Below, in pieces: positions 34,519-47,800 of a stretch of DNA of 60,643 nucleotides. The stretch covers positions 1,864,776-1,925,418 of the forward strand of contig NC_057760.1 of assembly GCF_004010195.1 (NCBI RefSeq). The letters are read 5' to 3'. The stretch comes from Chiloscyllium plagiosum. Its lineage: Eukaryota. The notes under the pieces were generated by a model. That model ran no database searches. It was not told the origin of the DNA and was given only the letters and a program-made list of their open reading frames with translations. How positions within the stretch are numbered: the stretch's first letter is position 1; the number at the start of each line of letters is the position of its first letter. The position numbers and the translations under genes are program-made.

Positions 34519-35914
34519 GGATAACTCCAGACAGTCAGTGCCTCATCTGGGTGCACAGTGCTTTTAAAGATGGCAAGGATGCAAGGAATACTTGTGAATT
34601 CCCCAATATGCACCGAGTGACAAATTGTCCTGGAATGGCACATGGTAAGACAGGGCTGGAATCAAGATGTGAGTGACACTGTGGGGGCTGTAGATAGCTC
34701 TTGAGGCAATTAATGGTAAGATCCAACAAGAAAGCCCGCTAGGCCTCACAGTGAAAAACCTTCCAAAAACAAAACATGACATAGTCAACATGACATAGTC
34801 AACATGACATAGTCAGACTGAGTCAAAAGTATGTAAGATTCAGCCCTTAGTGACTAATAGAGAGGTAGAAAGAGAAGGCAATGAGGCAGAAATGGACAGA
34901 GACAAAGAGAGAGAGATACAGACAGACAGAAATGGAGTAAGGCTTGAGATATATTCCAAGAGCGAGAGAGAGAAATAGAGAGAGGGACAGAAGCTCTGAG
35001 GGCCATTGGCTGAGAGAAATGGGAGAACAGAGAGGGAAGGCAGAGGAAGAGTGACATGTAAAGAGGGGACACAGTGAGAGACTGAGCATCAACAAAAATT
35101 CTTTGAATGTGGAACAGCAGTGTGCTGTTCCCGTTGCCTAGGAGACAACATCAAAGTCCAGTAATAGCTAATTAGCTTCCTGGTGGAGGCCATTGAGTGC
35201 CACATGTGCAGTGAAGGGTATCTTTGTCTGAACACCCATTCAACACTTATGAAATTGGACAATTTCCCCAGCAAGGGAATTCTATTTATGAAACTCAATC
35301 TAAAGTGTTTAAAACTGAAATGGTAGCAAGGTTTAGTTTTTAACACTGCTCCCTCCCACCTCCCCCCCCCCACTTCCAGAATGGTTATCAGATGTGGGAA
35401 CAGCACCAAAGTGCTGGGTATGGCTGCCATTTCCATCTTGGTCCAGAATCATTTGATGTTGTCGTGAATCAGTGGCAGCACAAATGGGTGTTTACACAAT
35501 GATGTGTTGACCTCGATAAAAAACCAAGGCAGGCTGAGCCAAGACAAACCACTCCCCACCCCCCCCCCCCTCTCTTCAGAAGTGTAGCCATCACTGTAAT
35601 GTAGGAAACATGGCAGGCAACTCATACATAGCACGCTCCCACATGCAGCAATCTGGCTGTAACCTTATTATTTTCATCTTAGACATTGCTTAAGAGTTAA
35701 AAGTTGGTTAGGCTACACAGAGGAACCTTCCCTGCTCTTTCAATGGGATCTTCCCTTTCCACACAAGAGGACAGCTGGGATCTCACTTTAACATCTAATC
35801 CCAGTGGTAGCACTGTAACACAGTGTTATCCTAGACTATATGTTCATGAATTCCAAAGTTGAACCACCTTCTGGTTCAAAGTTGAGATTGCTACTCAATG
35901 AGCCCCAGCTAACA

Positions 35915-36277
35915 GGGGCAGCACAGTGGCCCAGCGGTTAGCACTGCTGTCTCACAGCACCAGGGAACCAGCTGTGATTCCACCCTTGGGTGTCTGTGTG
36001 GAGTTTGCACATTCTCCCCGTGTCTGCGCGGGTTTCCTCCGGGTGCTCTGGTTTCCTCCCACAATCCAAAGGTGTGCAGGTTAGGGTGGATTGGCCGTGG
36101 GTAATTGCCCTGTAGTGTCCAGGGAAGGTGCAGATGGGTTAGCCATGGGTAAAACTCCATGTGGGGTTATGGGAATGGAGTGAGGGTGAGTGGGATGCTC
36201 TTTGTGGGGGGGGGGGGGGTTAGCAGGGAGTTGATAGGCCAAATGGCCTCTGTCTGCACTGTAGGCAGTCTATGATT
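35915..36277 (+). mobile_element. HE1-type V-SINE
   Basis: tRNA-like head, V-domain and ctatgattct tail. Possible TSD ctaaca (35909-35914, 36278-36283). Confidence 0.9.
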
Positions 36278-36979
36278 CTAACACCTTAGTCAAAGAGGTG
36301 GCATTCCAATATGGAAGAGGTGGTTGGGTTAAGATACAGAATTCCAGATCCTAGGGCTAATGACATGGCTATAGAGAAGCCAGAATTAGAGATTGCAAGG
36401 CTGGAAGTGGTTACAGAAGCTGGAGGAAGAGCAGCCTATGGACTTAAACCAAGAGTTGCACAGGGAGAAGGGGCAATTCAGACTGCAGGATCAGACTGTG
36501 TTCCACTAAATGTTTGTTCCCAGTTTCTGGGACGGGACTGTAGCAGGGCACCCTCAGGGGTGAGAGGTAGGTTTTGGCAGCCTTAGTCCAAGCGCCAAGC
36601 TTTCAAAGACAAAACGTTGCCACTTGCCAGCAAGAGAGATATATCTGGTGCCCCTCCCACAGTTACCAGCTCAGCTCGGATACATTCTGGGAGGTGCCTT
36701 CCACCAACTACCTGAGCCCCTTAGTCTCCCACCACTGGCAGCTCAACATATCCAACCCCACAGTATCCTGTCCTTACGGCTAATTGGAAAGCAAGTAAAC
36801 TCTTCACAACCATACTAGGTGATGCTTGCCAATCTCAACCTTGCACCTGACCTATATCTCATATCCTTTAAGGCAAAGTTAAACAAAATGAATTTTGAGA
36901 AGCAGACATCTTCAACTTAATAGTCAAACAGTGCTGAAAAGGACTTGCTGCTGAAACTATTCATCTTGCACTCAGGGAT

Positions 36980-37308
36980 TCAAACAGCACAGAATCAGAC
37001 GCTTCAGTCCAACTGATCCATGGCAATCAGGTGTCCCAAACTAAACTAGTCCCATTTGCCTGCATTTGGCTTGGATCCCTCTAACTTTTCCTATTCACAC
37101 ACCCACCCAGATGCCTTTTAAATGCTGCAATTGTACCAGCATTACACTACCTTCTCATTCCATACGCACATTACCCTTTGCTTGAAAAAGTTGCCCCTTT
37201 AAATGTCTCACCTTAAACTTATTCCTCTAGTTTTAAACTCCCCTACCCTGGGAAAAAGACCTTGGCCATTCACTCAATCCATGCCCCTCATGATTTTATA
37301 AACCTCGT
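36980..37308 (-). mobile_element. CR1 3' end, diverged
   Basis: Reverse homology to 34155-34510 (EVYKIMRGMD). Confidence 0.85.
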
Positions 37309-38014
37309 CCATAGAAACTCTCCTGTGGTATAAATTGTTGTGACCAGTTGTGAAGTTTGGCATTCTTGCATTTACCCTGATGACTGCAAGACGGAAAGCC
37401 TCAACAGCATCTCTCTTTTCAGCAAGGTTAAAACTCTGTACTACCAGTTGACAATTTATGACTCCTATAATACACCACCCACACGCCCCCTGAAACCCCA
37501 GCTTTCCAGTTTTGTTTGCTTGCAGCAGTGATATGGAGATTAAATTGGAATCCCCAGAGGATGCAGGTTTTTCTGCCCTGAGAACATGCACATTCAAGCA
37601 AGGTGGCTTTGCACTTTGAGTTGGAGCATTCTGCACACAGTCCTTGAAGCAGGAACAGGGTTTGATCTCTCCCGGCTTCAGCACAGCTAAAAACCCACAG
37701 AAACTGTGGCAGCAGCTGCGGTCTAGGAGGTAAGAGTTCTGGTTGTCATGGTTACCGAGTACTGGAAACCAATCGAGGCAGCAATTATTACCGTTGGGGA
37801 AAAAAAAAATCAGACTGAGCTCCACTCTATCCTTCTCCTAACTTATTGATTTCCAAGCTGAATTTATGACCATTGCAAATGGGAGCAAAATGTTTCCCCT
37901 CCCTCCTTCCAACAGAGGAAACAGACTGAAATGGAAATGAGTCCACATGCCTCACTCCTGATTGCTAGTGGACACACAGACCAGAGAGGTTCCCACCTTC
38001 AACAAATGGCAGTC

Positions 38015-40360
38015 CTGAAACAGTGAGCTGTACTCTCGCCTCTGAGCCACAGAGCTGAGGGATCACACACCCCACTCCAGTTTGAGATGACCAATGTAAT
38101 CCTGAGGGAGCACTATACTGGGGGAAGATCAGTGCTCATGGAGCATCACTCTCAGAAGGGCAGCACTGAGAGAAAACACCTCATTGTCAGACGGTCAGTA
38201 CTGAGGGAGCGCTGCACTGTCAAAGGGTCAGCATAGAGCGAGCGCTGCACTGTCGGAGGGTCAGTGCCAAGGGAGTGGGCACTGTCGGAGGGTCAGCACT
38301 GAGGGAGGACTGCACTATCAGAGGTTCAGCGCTGAGGGAGTGGGCACTGTCCGAGGGTCAGCACTCAATGAGTGCCACCCTGTCAGATGGTCAGTACTGA
38401 GGGAGTGGTCAACTGTCAGAGGGTCAGTGCTGAGGGAGTGGGCACTGTCGGAGGGTCAGCACTGAGGGAGCGGGCACTCGGAGGGTCAGTGCCAAGGGAG
38501 TAGCCACTGTCAGAGGGTCAGCACTGAAGGAGCCCTGCACTGTCAGAGGGTCAGTGCTGAGGTAGCACCACACTGTCAGAGAGTCATTGCTGAGGGAACG
38601 GCAATGCTGAGGTAGTGAGCATTGTTAGAGTGTCAGCACTGAGGGAGTGGGCACTGTCATAGGGTCAGTGCTGAGGGAGCGCTGCACTGTCGGAGGGTCA
38701 GTGCTGAGGGAGTGGGCACTGTCATAGGGTCAGTGCTGAGGGAGCGCTGCACTGTCGGAGGGTCAGGGCTAAGGGAGCACCGCACTGTCGGAGGGTCAGT
38801 GCTGATGGAGCGTCGCACTGTCAGAGGGTCAGCGCTCAATGAATGCCACACTGTCAGACGGTCAATAATGAGGGAGTGGTCAACTGTCAGAGGGTCAGTG
38901 CTGAGGGAGTGCTGTACTGTTGGAGGGTCAGCACTGAGTGCCACACTGTCAGAGGGTCAGTGCTGAGGGAGCGCCACATTGTCAGAGGGTCAGTGCTGAG
39001 GGAGCGCCGCACTGTCAGAGTGTCAGCACTGAGGGAGCGCTGCACTGTCGGAAGGTCAGCACTGAGCGAGTGCTGCACTGTTGGAGGGTCAGTGCTGAGG
39101 AGTGCCGCACTGTCAGACAGTCAGTACTGATGGAGCATCGCACTGTCAGACGGTCAGCGCTCAATGAGTGCCACACTGTCAGACGGTCAATACTGAGAGA
39201 GTGGTCAACTGTCAGAGGGTCAGCGCTGAGGGAGTGCTGCACTGTCGGAGGGTCAGCGCTGAGGGAGCTCTGCACTGTCGGAGGGTCAGCGCTGAGGGAG
39301 CTCTGCACTGTTGGAGGGTCAGCAATGAGTGAGTGCTGCACTGTCAGAGGGTCAGTGCTGAGGAAGCGCCACACTGTCGGAGGGTCAGTGCTGAGGGAGC
39401 TCTGCACTGTTGGAGGGCCAGCAATGAGTGAGTGCTGCACTGTCAGAGGGTCAGTGCTGAGGAAGCGCCACACTGTCGGAGGGTCAGTGCTGAGGGAGTG
39501 CTGCACTGTCGGAGGGTCAGTGCCGAGGGAGCTCTGCACTGTTGGAGGGTCAGCAATGAGTGAGTGCCACACTGTCGGAGGCTCAGCAATGAGGAAGCGC
39601 CACACTGTCAGAGGGTCAGTGCTGATGGAGCGCTGCATTGTCGGAGGGTCAGTGCCGAGAGAGCTCTGCACTGTTGGAGGGTCAGTGCTGAGGGAGTGCT
39701 GCACTGGCGGAGGGTCAGCGCCGAGGGAGCTCTGCACTGTTGGAGGGTCAGTGCTGAGGGAGTGCTGCACTGTCGGAGGGTCAGTGCCGAGGGAGCTCTG
39801 CACTGTTGGAGGGTCAGCAATGAGTGAGTGCCACACTGTCGGAGGCTCAGCAATGAGGAAGCGCCACACTGTCAGAGGGTCAGTGCTGAGGGAGCGCTGC
39901 ATTGTCGGAGGGTCAGTGCTGAGGGAGCGCCACACTGTCAGAGAGTCAGCGCTGATGGAGCACCAATGCTGAGTTAGTGGGCATTGTTAGAGTGTCAGCA
40001 CGGAGGGACTACTATACCATTGGGGCTGCCAATGTGAGGCTTTCCATTAACTCCTTGTCTGCCCTTTCAACTTGGAGGCTGGAAGAACATAGCAAGCCAG
40101 GCAGCATCAGGAGGTGGAGAAGTCAACGTTTTGAGTGTAACCCTTCAACAGAGATTCCATGACACTATTTTGAAGAACTGCAGAGTCAATATTTACCATT
40201 TAACTGAAAAGCATCACTAAAAACACACCAACAGGTCAATGCCATTTGTGGGAGATTGTTGTTCACAGATTGGCCCCTGAATTTCCTCCATTACTACATT
40301 GCCTGCACTCCAAAAGGTGTACAGTACTTTGATCCTGAGGTCATGGCAGATACTATTTCT
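38015..40360 (+). mobile_element. Old DeuSINE/SacSINE1-like SINE split by a minisatellite expansion
   Basis: Head actctcgcctctgag...cccactccag at 38030-38080 and 3' body atggcactatttNgaagaa-like...gtgggagattgttgt...ctgaggtcatg at 40150-40350. The family name comes from recall. Confidence 0.5.
38170..40012 (+). repeat. 33-bp minisatellite (actgtcggagggtcagtgctgagggagcgctgc), about 55 units
   Basis: Tandem units. The 33-bp period produces the 11-aa-periodic ORFs in the track. Confidence 0.97.
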
Positions 40361-40439
40361 CATTGATCTCATTTGTAGTTGGAATCAGCACATGCTAAGC
40401 AAAACATACATACATTGGACACAAGAGATGTCAGAGGCT

Positions 40440-41110
40440 GGACATTTGTATTTTCCCAAAGTTTGTCCACCATCTACAAAAGCTGGCTGGGTGGGTGCAG
40501 CTCCAATACTGTTGGAGAAGCTCAATATTATTCAGGACACAGCAGCCTGTTAGATCATCATTTCATCCACTACCTTAATCATCCACTCCCAAAGCGGCTG
40601 TGCATGCCATCTACAAGATAACTTTGGAATTCCCTCCCTCGAAAGGCAGTAGGAGCAGCGTCATTGAATCTATCCAAGCAGAAGTAGGTAGATTCTTGCC
40701 AAGTATGGGGTTGAAAGGTCATGGGTGGAAGGGTGAGTTGGTAGGCAGGTATATGCAGTGAGCAAATCAGCCATGATCTTACTGAAGAGCAGAACAGGCT
40801 CAAAAGGCTGAACAACATACTCCTGTCCCTCATTTTGTCTGCTGTTATGTATAAACTTCAGCAACTCACCAATTCTCCTCCAACAGTATTTTCCAAATCT
40901 GCAGCCTCCACCACCATGGAGAGTCAAGGCAGCAGGCACCTGGCAACACCAACCCCCTGCAAGGTCCCTCTCCAAACCCCACGCACTGTCCAGACTGGGA
41001 ACCAAACAGCCAATCCTTCAGTGTCACTGAGTCAAAATCCTGCAACTCCTTCCCTTTCAACGTGACGTGGACTTCATAAAGGCAGCTCACCACCACCCTC
41101 TCCAGGGCAG
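40440..41110. mobile_element. Mixed CR1/L2-type LINE 3' fragments
   Basis: Homology to 51600-51820 and 52060-52320, with a CR1-type tail at 40625-40835. Confidence 0.65.
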
Positions 41111-41214
41111 CAACTGGCAAGATCGTTCAGAGTGAAGATGGTGAGCAGCTCCAAAGGGAACTTGCGGACAATGGTGCTCCCACGTTCCATTGTCCTTCTG
41201 GGCAGTAGAAGCCA

Positions 41215-41623
41215 CAGATTTGGAAGGTGCTGTCTGAGGAAATTTGGTCAGTTGTTGCTGTTCAATAAATGCTCATGATGCCCATCTACTGAGAGTGAAT
41301 GGGGTAAAGGTGAATCACTGAGCTCTCTTTGTATATTGCTTTCTGTAACAAGTCTTACTGCTTGCAAAACCAGTGATCCCCATAACTCCGATCAATCACC
41401 ACAATAAAAGACTGGGAGCAGATTTGGAAGGTGCTGTCTGAGGAAATTTGGTCAGTTGTTGCTGTTCAATAAATGCTCATGATGCCCATGTACTGAGAGT
41501 GAATGGGGAAAAGGTGAATCACTGAGCTCTCTTTGTATATTGCTTTCTGTAACAAGTCTTACAGCTTGCAAAACCAGTGATCCCCATAACTCCGATCAAT
41601 CACCACAATAAAAGGACTGGAGC
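41215..41623. repeat. Tandem duplication of a 204-bp unit
   Basis: cagatttggaaggtgctgtctgagg... starts at 41215 and again at 41419; the two copies are near-identical. Confidence 0.95.
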
Positions 41624-41766
41624 TCACACAAGCCTTTCAGCAAAACAGCCATGGACAAACAAAAAAGTCAATAAAAAGCAAATAAGAACAAAAATCACCA
41701 CTCCTGGCAGCAAGTGGAAACAGAACAGTCAATTTCAGCATTGTAGCATTAAACCCAATTACTAAA

Positions 41767-42135
41767 CTATTCAGGGTAAGGGTCGCTCCCCGTGAAACTG
41801 TACAGAGTCAGTGTTTATACAGCAGGGTAAGGGTCGCTCACTGTGAAACTGTACAGACAGTGTTTATTCAGCAGGGTAAGGGTCGCTCCCCGTGAAACTG
41901 TACAGACAGTGTTTATTCAGCAGGGTAAGGGTCACTCACTGTGTAACCGTACAGAGTCAGTGTTTATACAGCAGGGTAAGGGTCACTCACTGTGTAACTG
42001 TACGGAGTCAGTGTCAATTCAGCAGGGTAAGGGTCACTCACTGTGTAACCGTACAGAGTCAGTGTCTATTCAGCAGGGTAAGAGTCTCTCACTGGGTAAC
42101 TGTACAGAGGCAATGTTTATTCAGGGTGAGGGTAA
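41767..42135 (+). repeat. ~48-51 bp minisatellite (cagggtaagggtcactcactgtgtaactgtacagagtcagtgtttattcag), about 7 units
   Basis: Tandem units. Confidence 0.93.
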
Positions 42136-42489
42136 TGAGATCCCTCAGTTTGAGGTCAGTCCTGAACTGATCTCAATGTTTTTTTGCAGCATTGTTGAAG
42201 GACGACAGGATAAGTGTAGATCAAGTGGGTCAAACTAGACAGGTCTTTGGAATGGTTAGCAAAGCCCTAATAGGCCGTGCGGCCTCCATATCATGCGGTA
42301 TGCCTCTTTGATTCTATAAACACATTCGGAGACTTGGGGGAAAAAGGCATGGAATCAAATCAATGCATTTACAGTGGAAAGAGGTTAATTTCAGTGCAGC
42401 CACATAAAGAGCAGAATCCCATTGAGAGCAAGTGATTATTGAGGTTGGAGAAGGTGGGAAAGGTTCTGAAGAAAGATTGATTGTCCTTC

Positions 42490-42890
42490 ACAACACTGAG
42501 ACATCATTGAAGTGTTTTACCAAGAACTAAATATTTATTAAGTGGAGCTACCATTGCAATGTACAGCACACTCCCACGTACAGCAATGCGATAATGCCCA
42601 GATCATCTTTAGTTTTTAGCAATGCTGGTTTGCAAGATAAATAATGATTCCAGAATGCCAGTGTGAATCCATCAGAGCGCTTCAAATAGTAGCTGTGGGA
42701 TCTTCTCTGTCAATATGGGAAGGCAAGTGGAGCTTCAGTTTAAAATCTCATTCGAAAGGCAAATTTCTGGCAGTGCATCGGTACTGCACTAGAGTTCGCC
42801 TCAATTATCAGGTTCCTCTGGTAGAAATAAATTCCTCAATCTTCTGACTCTGAGGCAAAAGACAGAGTGACCAAATTGATTCATGGCTGA
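42490..42890 (-). mobile_element. Old DeuSINE/SacSINE1-like SINE
   Basis: Reverse homology to the head and body at 38030 and 40150-40350 (cttctgactctgaggc, gtgggatctt, gtttaaaatctcattcgaaag). Similar relics lie at 35580-35905 and 52625-52860. Confidence 0.5.
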
Positions 42891-43344
42891 CTGATCACAA
42901 AATTGTGGCTCGGTGACACCAAGATTGGATCTCCTAAAGGGGCAGATTGTTGGGGGTTGGAGGATAAAGAATGGATGATTCCATATCTGAGACAGAAGCA
43001 CACTAGTGAACATTGCAGGATGCTATGTGTAACTGCCACTCTCCCATCCCACTGTGTATCTCTGTCCGGACAGGAAAGAACTGAATCAACAGGAATGTGA
43101 CAATCTGATCCTGATATCCCAGGTGTTTCCTGACAACAGAGGCAGGAAAGATCGGGAGTGGAGTTCTCACTGCATAACTCTGACATGGAAATCTAGCGCA
43201 GCAGTAAGATCTCTTTGGGGATGTGAGCAGATCCATTTGGAAAGGGAGGATCAGGATCAGGCACACCCTGCCCATACCCCACTAGTCCCTTAGCCAGACA
43301 TAGGCACTTAATCAGACTCCTTGGGAGGGCTTTACGGGGACGAT

Positions 43345-44295
43345 GTATGGGCAGCTTTGCCTTGTATCTAACTCCTTGCTCTCCCAGTCTTGTGAGAGTT
43401 TGATGGGAACAGTGTCGAGGCAATTTTATGTTCAGTCTAAAAGAGTAGAGGAGGATCTATTTTATATCTGACCCCATGCTGTCCCAATCTCGAGAGTGTT
43501 TGATGGGGGACAGTGTACAGGGAGCATTATTCTGCATCTGACCCCATGCTGTCCCAATCTCGAGAGTGTTTGATGGGGGACAGTGTACAAGGAGCTTTAT
43601 TCTGCATCTGACCCCATGCTGTCCCTGTCCTGGGAATGTTTGATGGGGGGGATAGTGTAGAAGGAGCTTTACTCTGTATCTAACCCTGTGCTGTCCTTGT
43701 GCTGGGAGGGTTTGATGGGGGGACAGTGTAGAGGGAGCTTTACTCTGTATCTAACCCTGTGCTGTCCTTGTGCTGGGAGGGTTTGATGGGGGACAGTGTA
43801 GAGAGAGCTTTACTCTGTATCTAACCACGTGCTGTCCTTGTGCTGGGAGTGTTTGATGGGGGACAGTGTAGAGGGAGCTTTACTCTGTATCTAACCCCGT
43901 GCTGTCCCTGTCCTGGGAGTGTTTGATGGGGGACAGTGTACAGGGAGCTTTACCCTGGATCTAACCCTGTGCTGTCCCTGTCCTGGGAATGTTTGATGGG
44001 GTGGATAGTGTAGAGAGAGCTTTACCCTGTATCTAACCCCATGCTGTCCCTGTCCCTGGGAGTGTTTGATGGGGGAACAGTGTAGAGGGAGCTTTACCCT
44101 GGATCTAACCCTGTGCTGTCCCTGTCCTGGGAATGTTTGATGGGGGGGGATAGTGTAGAGGGAGCTTTACTCTGTATCTAACCCCGTGCTGTCTCTGTCT
44201 TGGGAGTGTTTGATGGGGGGGGAGGGGACAGTGTAGAGGGAGCTTTACCCTGTATCTAACCCTGTGCTGTCCCTGTCCTGGGAGGGTTTGATGGA
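43345..44295 (+). repeat. 72-bp-family minisatellite
   Basis: Tandem units, degenerate at the left edge. Confidence 0.95.
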
Positions 44296-44892
44296 AGAGC
44301 GAAAATGGAAAGAGTTAGAAAGAGACTGAGAAATGGAAATAGAGATCGTCAAACTGAGACAGAACAATCACGAGAGGGACTGACAGTGGGAACTGGTGAT
44401 GTCGTGAGGGAGAGAAGCTGTCCCAAGTCTGATAACGTGGGGTTGCTAGAATAAAGCGTGACAGATGGTTTAAGAAAACAATGCTCAACCTTGAACATTT
44501 CAGTTTAAAGTCTACTCTTGATAGAGGAAAAATCAACAATGAAACCTTTCCAAAGAACTGAATTCCTATTATGTGGAATAATCTTCAGTCCTCTCCCTGA
44601 GCCCTCAAGGGCACTGAATTCTTTCCCAAAGATAGGTGAACAAAACTGCACCTAAATGGTGATGAATTGAAGTTCGGTTATTATTCCATTAATAAAATAT
44701 TTTCACTTACAGGAACAGCAGAGAAAAATTAAATATTAAAATGTTCTTCTCACAGATTGACTGTGTGCATTGATATTATTGAAGAATATCCCCCCTTGGG
44801 GACTTTTAAGATTCGTTTACTTGGGAGAGAAGTTGGTCTGGTTTATGGACGTAATAAACCCAATACTGTGCAGCCACTTCCCTCTCCTTAAA

Positions 44893-47800
44893 CCCCAGGA
44901 CAGGGACAGCACGGGGTTAGATACAGAGTAAAGCTCCCTCTACACTGTCCCCCATCCAAACACTCCCAGGACAGGGACAGCACGGGGTTAGATACAGAGT
45001 AAAGCTCCCTCTACACTGTTCCCCTATCAAACATTCCCAGGACAGGGACATCACGGGGTTAGATACAGAGTAAAGCTCCCTCTACACTGTCCCCACATCA
45101 AACACTCCCAGGGAGGTTAGATACAGAGTAAAGCTCCCTCTACACTGTCCCCTCCATCAAACCCTCCCAGGACGGGGACAGCACGGGGTTAGATACAGAG
45201 TAAAGCTCCCTCTACACTGTCCCCTCCATCAAACCCTCCCAGGACGGGGACAGCACGGGGTTAGATACAGAGTAAAGCTCCCTCTACACTGTCCCCTCCA
45301 TCAAACCCTCCCAGGACGGGGACAGCACGGGGTTAGATACAGAGTAAAGCTCCCTCTACACTGTCCCCTCCATCAAACCCTCCCAGGACGGGGACAGCAC
45401 GGGGTTAGATACAGAGTAAAGCTCCCTCTACACTGTCCCCTCCATCAAACCCTCCCAGGACGGGGACAGCACGGGGTTAGATACAGAGTAAAGCTCCCTC
45501 TACACTGTCCCCTCCATCAAACCCTCCCAGGACGGGGACAGCACGGGGTTAGATACAGAGTAAAGCTCCCTCTACACTGTCCCCTCCATCAAACCCTCCC
45601 AGGACGGGGACAGCACGGGGTTAGATACAGAGTAAAGCTCCCTCTACACTGTCCCCTCCATCAAACCCTCCCAGGACGGGGACAGCACGGGGTTAGATAC
45701 AGAGTAAAGCTCCCTCTACACTGTCCCCTCCATCAAACCCTCCCAGGACGGGGACAGCACGGGGTTAGATACAGAGTAAAGCTCCCTCTACACTGTCCCC
45801 TCCATCAAACCCTCCCAGGACGGGGACAGCACGGGGTTAGATACAGAGTAAAGCTCCCTCTACACTGTCCCCTCCATCAAACCCTCCCAGGACGGGGACA
45901 GCACGGGGTTAGATACAGAGTAAAGCTCCCTCTACACTGTCCCCTCCATCAAACCCTCCCAGGACGGGGACAGCACGGGGTTAGATACAGAGTAAAGCTC
46001 CCTCTACACTGTCCCCTCCATCAAACCCTCCCAGGACGGGGACAGCACGGGGTTAGATACAGAGTAAAGCTCCCTCTACACTGTCCCCTCCATCAAACCC
46101 TCCCAGGACGGGGACAGCACGGGGTTAGATACAGAGTAAAGCTCCCTCTACACTGTCCCCTCCATCAAACCCTCCCAGGACGGGGACAGCACGGGGTTAG
46201 ATACAGAGTAAAGCTCCCTCTACACTGTCCCCTCCATCAAACCCTCCCAGGACGGGGACAGCACGGGGTTAGATACAGAGTAAAGCTCCCTCTACACTGT
46301 CCCCTCCATCAAACCCTCCCAGGACGGGGACAGCACGGGGTTAGATACAGAGTAAAGCTCCCTCTACACTGTCCCCTCCATCAAACCCTCCCAGGACGGG
46401 GACAGCACGGGGTTAGATACAGAGTAAAGCTCCCTCTACACTGTCCCCTCCATCAAACCCTCCCAGGACGGGGACAGCACGGGGTTAGATACAGAGTAAA
46501 GCTCCCTCTACACTGTCCCCTCCATCAAACCCTCCCAGGACGGGGACAGCACGGGGTTAGATACAGAGTAAAGCTCCCTCTACACTGTCCCCTCCATCAA
46601 ACCCTCCCAGGACGGGGACAGCACGGGGTTAGATACAGAGTAAAGCTCCCTCTACACTGTCCCCTCCATCAAACCCTCCCAGGACGGGGACAGCACGGGG
46701 TTAGATACAGAGTAAAGCTCCCTCTACACTGTCCCCTCCATCAAACCCTCCCAGGACGGGGACAGCACGGGGTTAGATACAGAGTAAAGCTCCCTCTACA
46801 CTGTCCCCTCCATCAAACCCTCCCAGGACGGGGACAGCACGGGGTTAGATACAGAGTAAAGCTCCCTCTACACTGTCCCCTCCATCAAACCCTCCCAGGA
46901 CGGGGACAGCACGGGGTTAGATACAGAGTAAAGCTCCCTCTACACTGTCCCCTCCATCAAACCCTCCCAGGACGGGGACAGCACGGGGTTAGATACAGAG
47001 TAAAGCTCCCTCTACACTGTCCCCTCCATCAAACCCTCCCAGGACGGGGACAGCACGGGGTTAGATACAGAGTAAAGCTCCCTCTACACTGTCCCCTCCA
47101 TCAAACCCTCCCAGGACGGGGACAGCACGGGGTTAGATACAGAGTAAAGCTCCCTCTACACTGTCCCCTCCATCAAACCCTCCCAGGACGGGGACAGCAC
47201 GGGGTTAGATACAGAGTAAAGCTCCCTCTACACTGTCCCCTCCATCAAACCCTCCCAGGACGGGGACAGCACGGGGTTAGATACAGAGTAAAGCTCCCTC
47301 TACACTGTCCCCTCCATCAAACCCTCCCAGGACGGGGACAGCACGGGGTTAGATACAGAGTAAAGCTCCCTCTACACTGTCCCCTCCATCAAACCCTCCC
47401 AGGACGGGGACAGCACGGGGTTAGATACAGAGTAAAGCTCCCTCTACACTGTCCCCTCCATCAAACCCTCCCAGGACGGGGACAGCACGGGGTTAGATAC
47501 AGAGTAAAGCTCCCTCTACACTGTCCCCTCCATCAAACCCTCCCAGGACGGGGACAGCACGGGGTTAGATACAGAGTAAAGCTCCCTCTACACTGTCCCC
47601 TCCATCAAACCCTCCCAGGACGGGGACAGCACGGGGTTAGATACAGAGTAAAGCTCCCTCTACACTGTCCCCTCCATCAAACCCTCCCAGGACGGGGACA
47701 GCACGGGGTTAGATACAGAGTAAAGCTCCCTCTACACTGTCCCCTCCATCAAACCCTCCCAGGACGGGGACAGCACGGGGTTAGATACAGAGTAAAGCTC

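Noticed and set aside
38938..39972. 344-aa and 306-aa repetitive ORFs
   Set aside because: A 33-bp tandem unit keeps the frame open on both strands; there is no domain or splice evidence.
41767..42135. Repeated CAGGGTAAG donor-like motifs as a micro-exon array
   Set aside because: This is a simple tandem repeat on the strand opposite to KCNN, and the units are too short to hold an intron plus an exon.
44296..44892. Possible exon in the unique spacer (ttctcacAG near 44755; minus-strand GTAAGT near 44705-44710)
   Set aside because: No matched acceptor and donor pair encloses a recognisable peptide.
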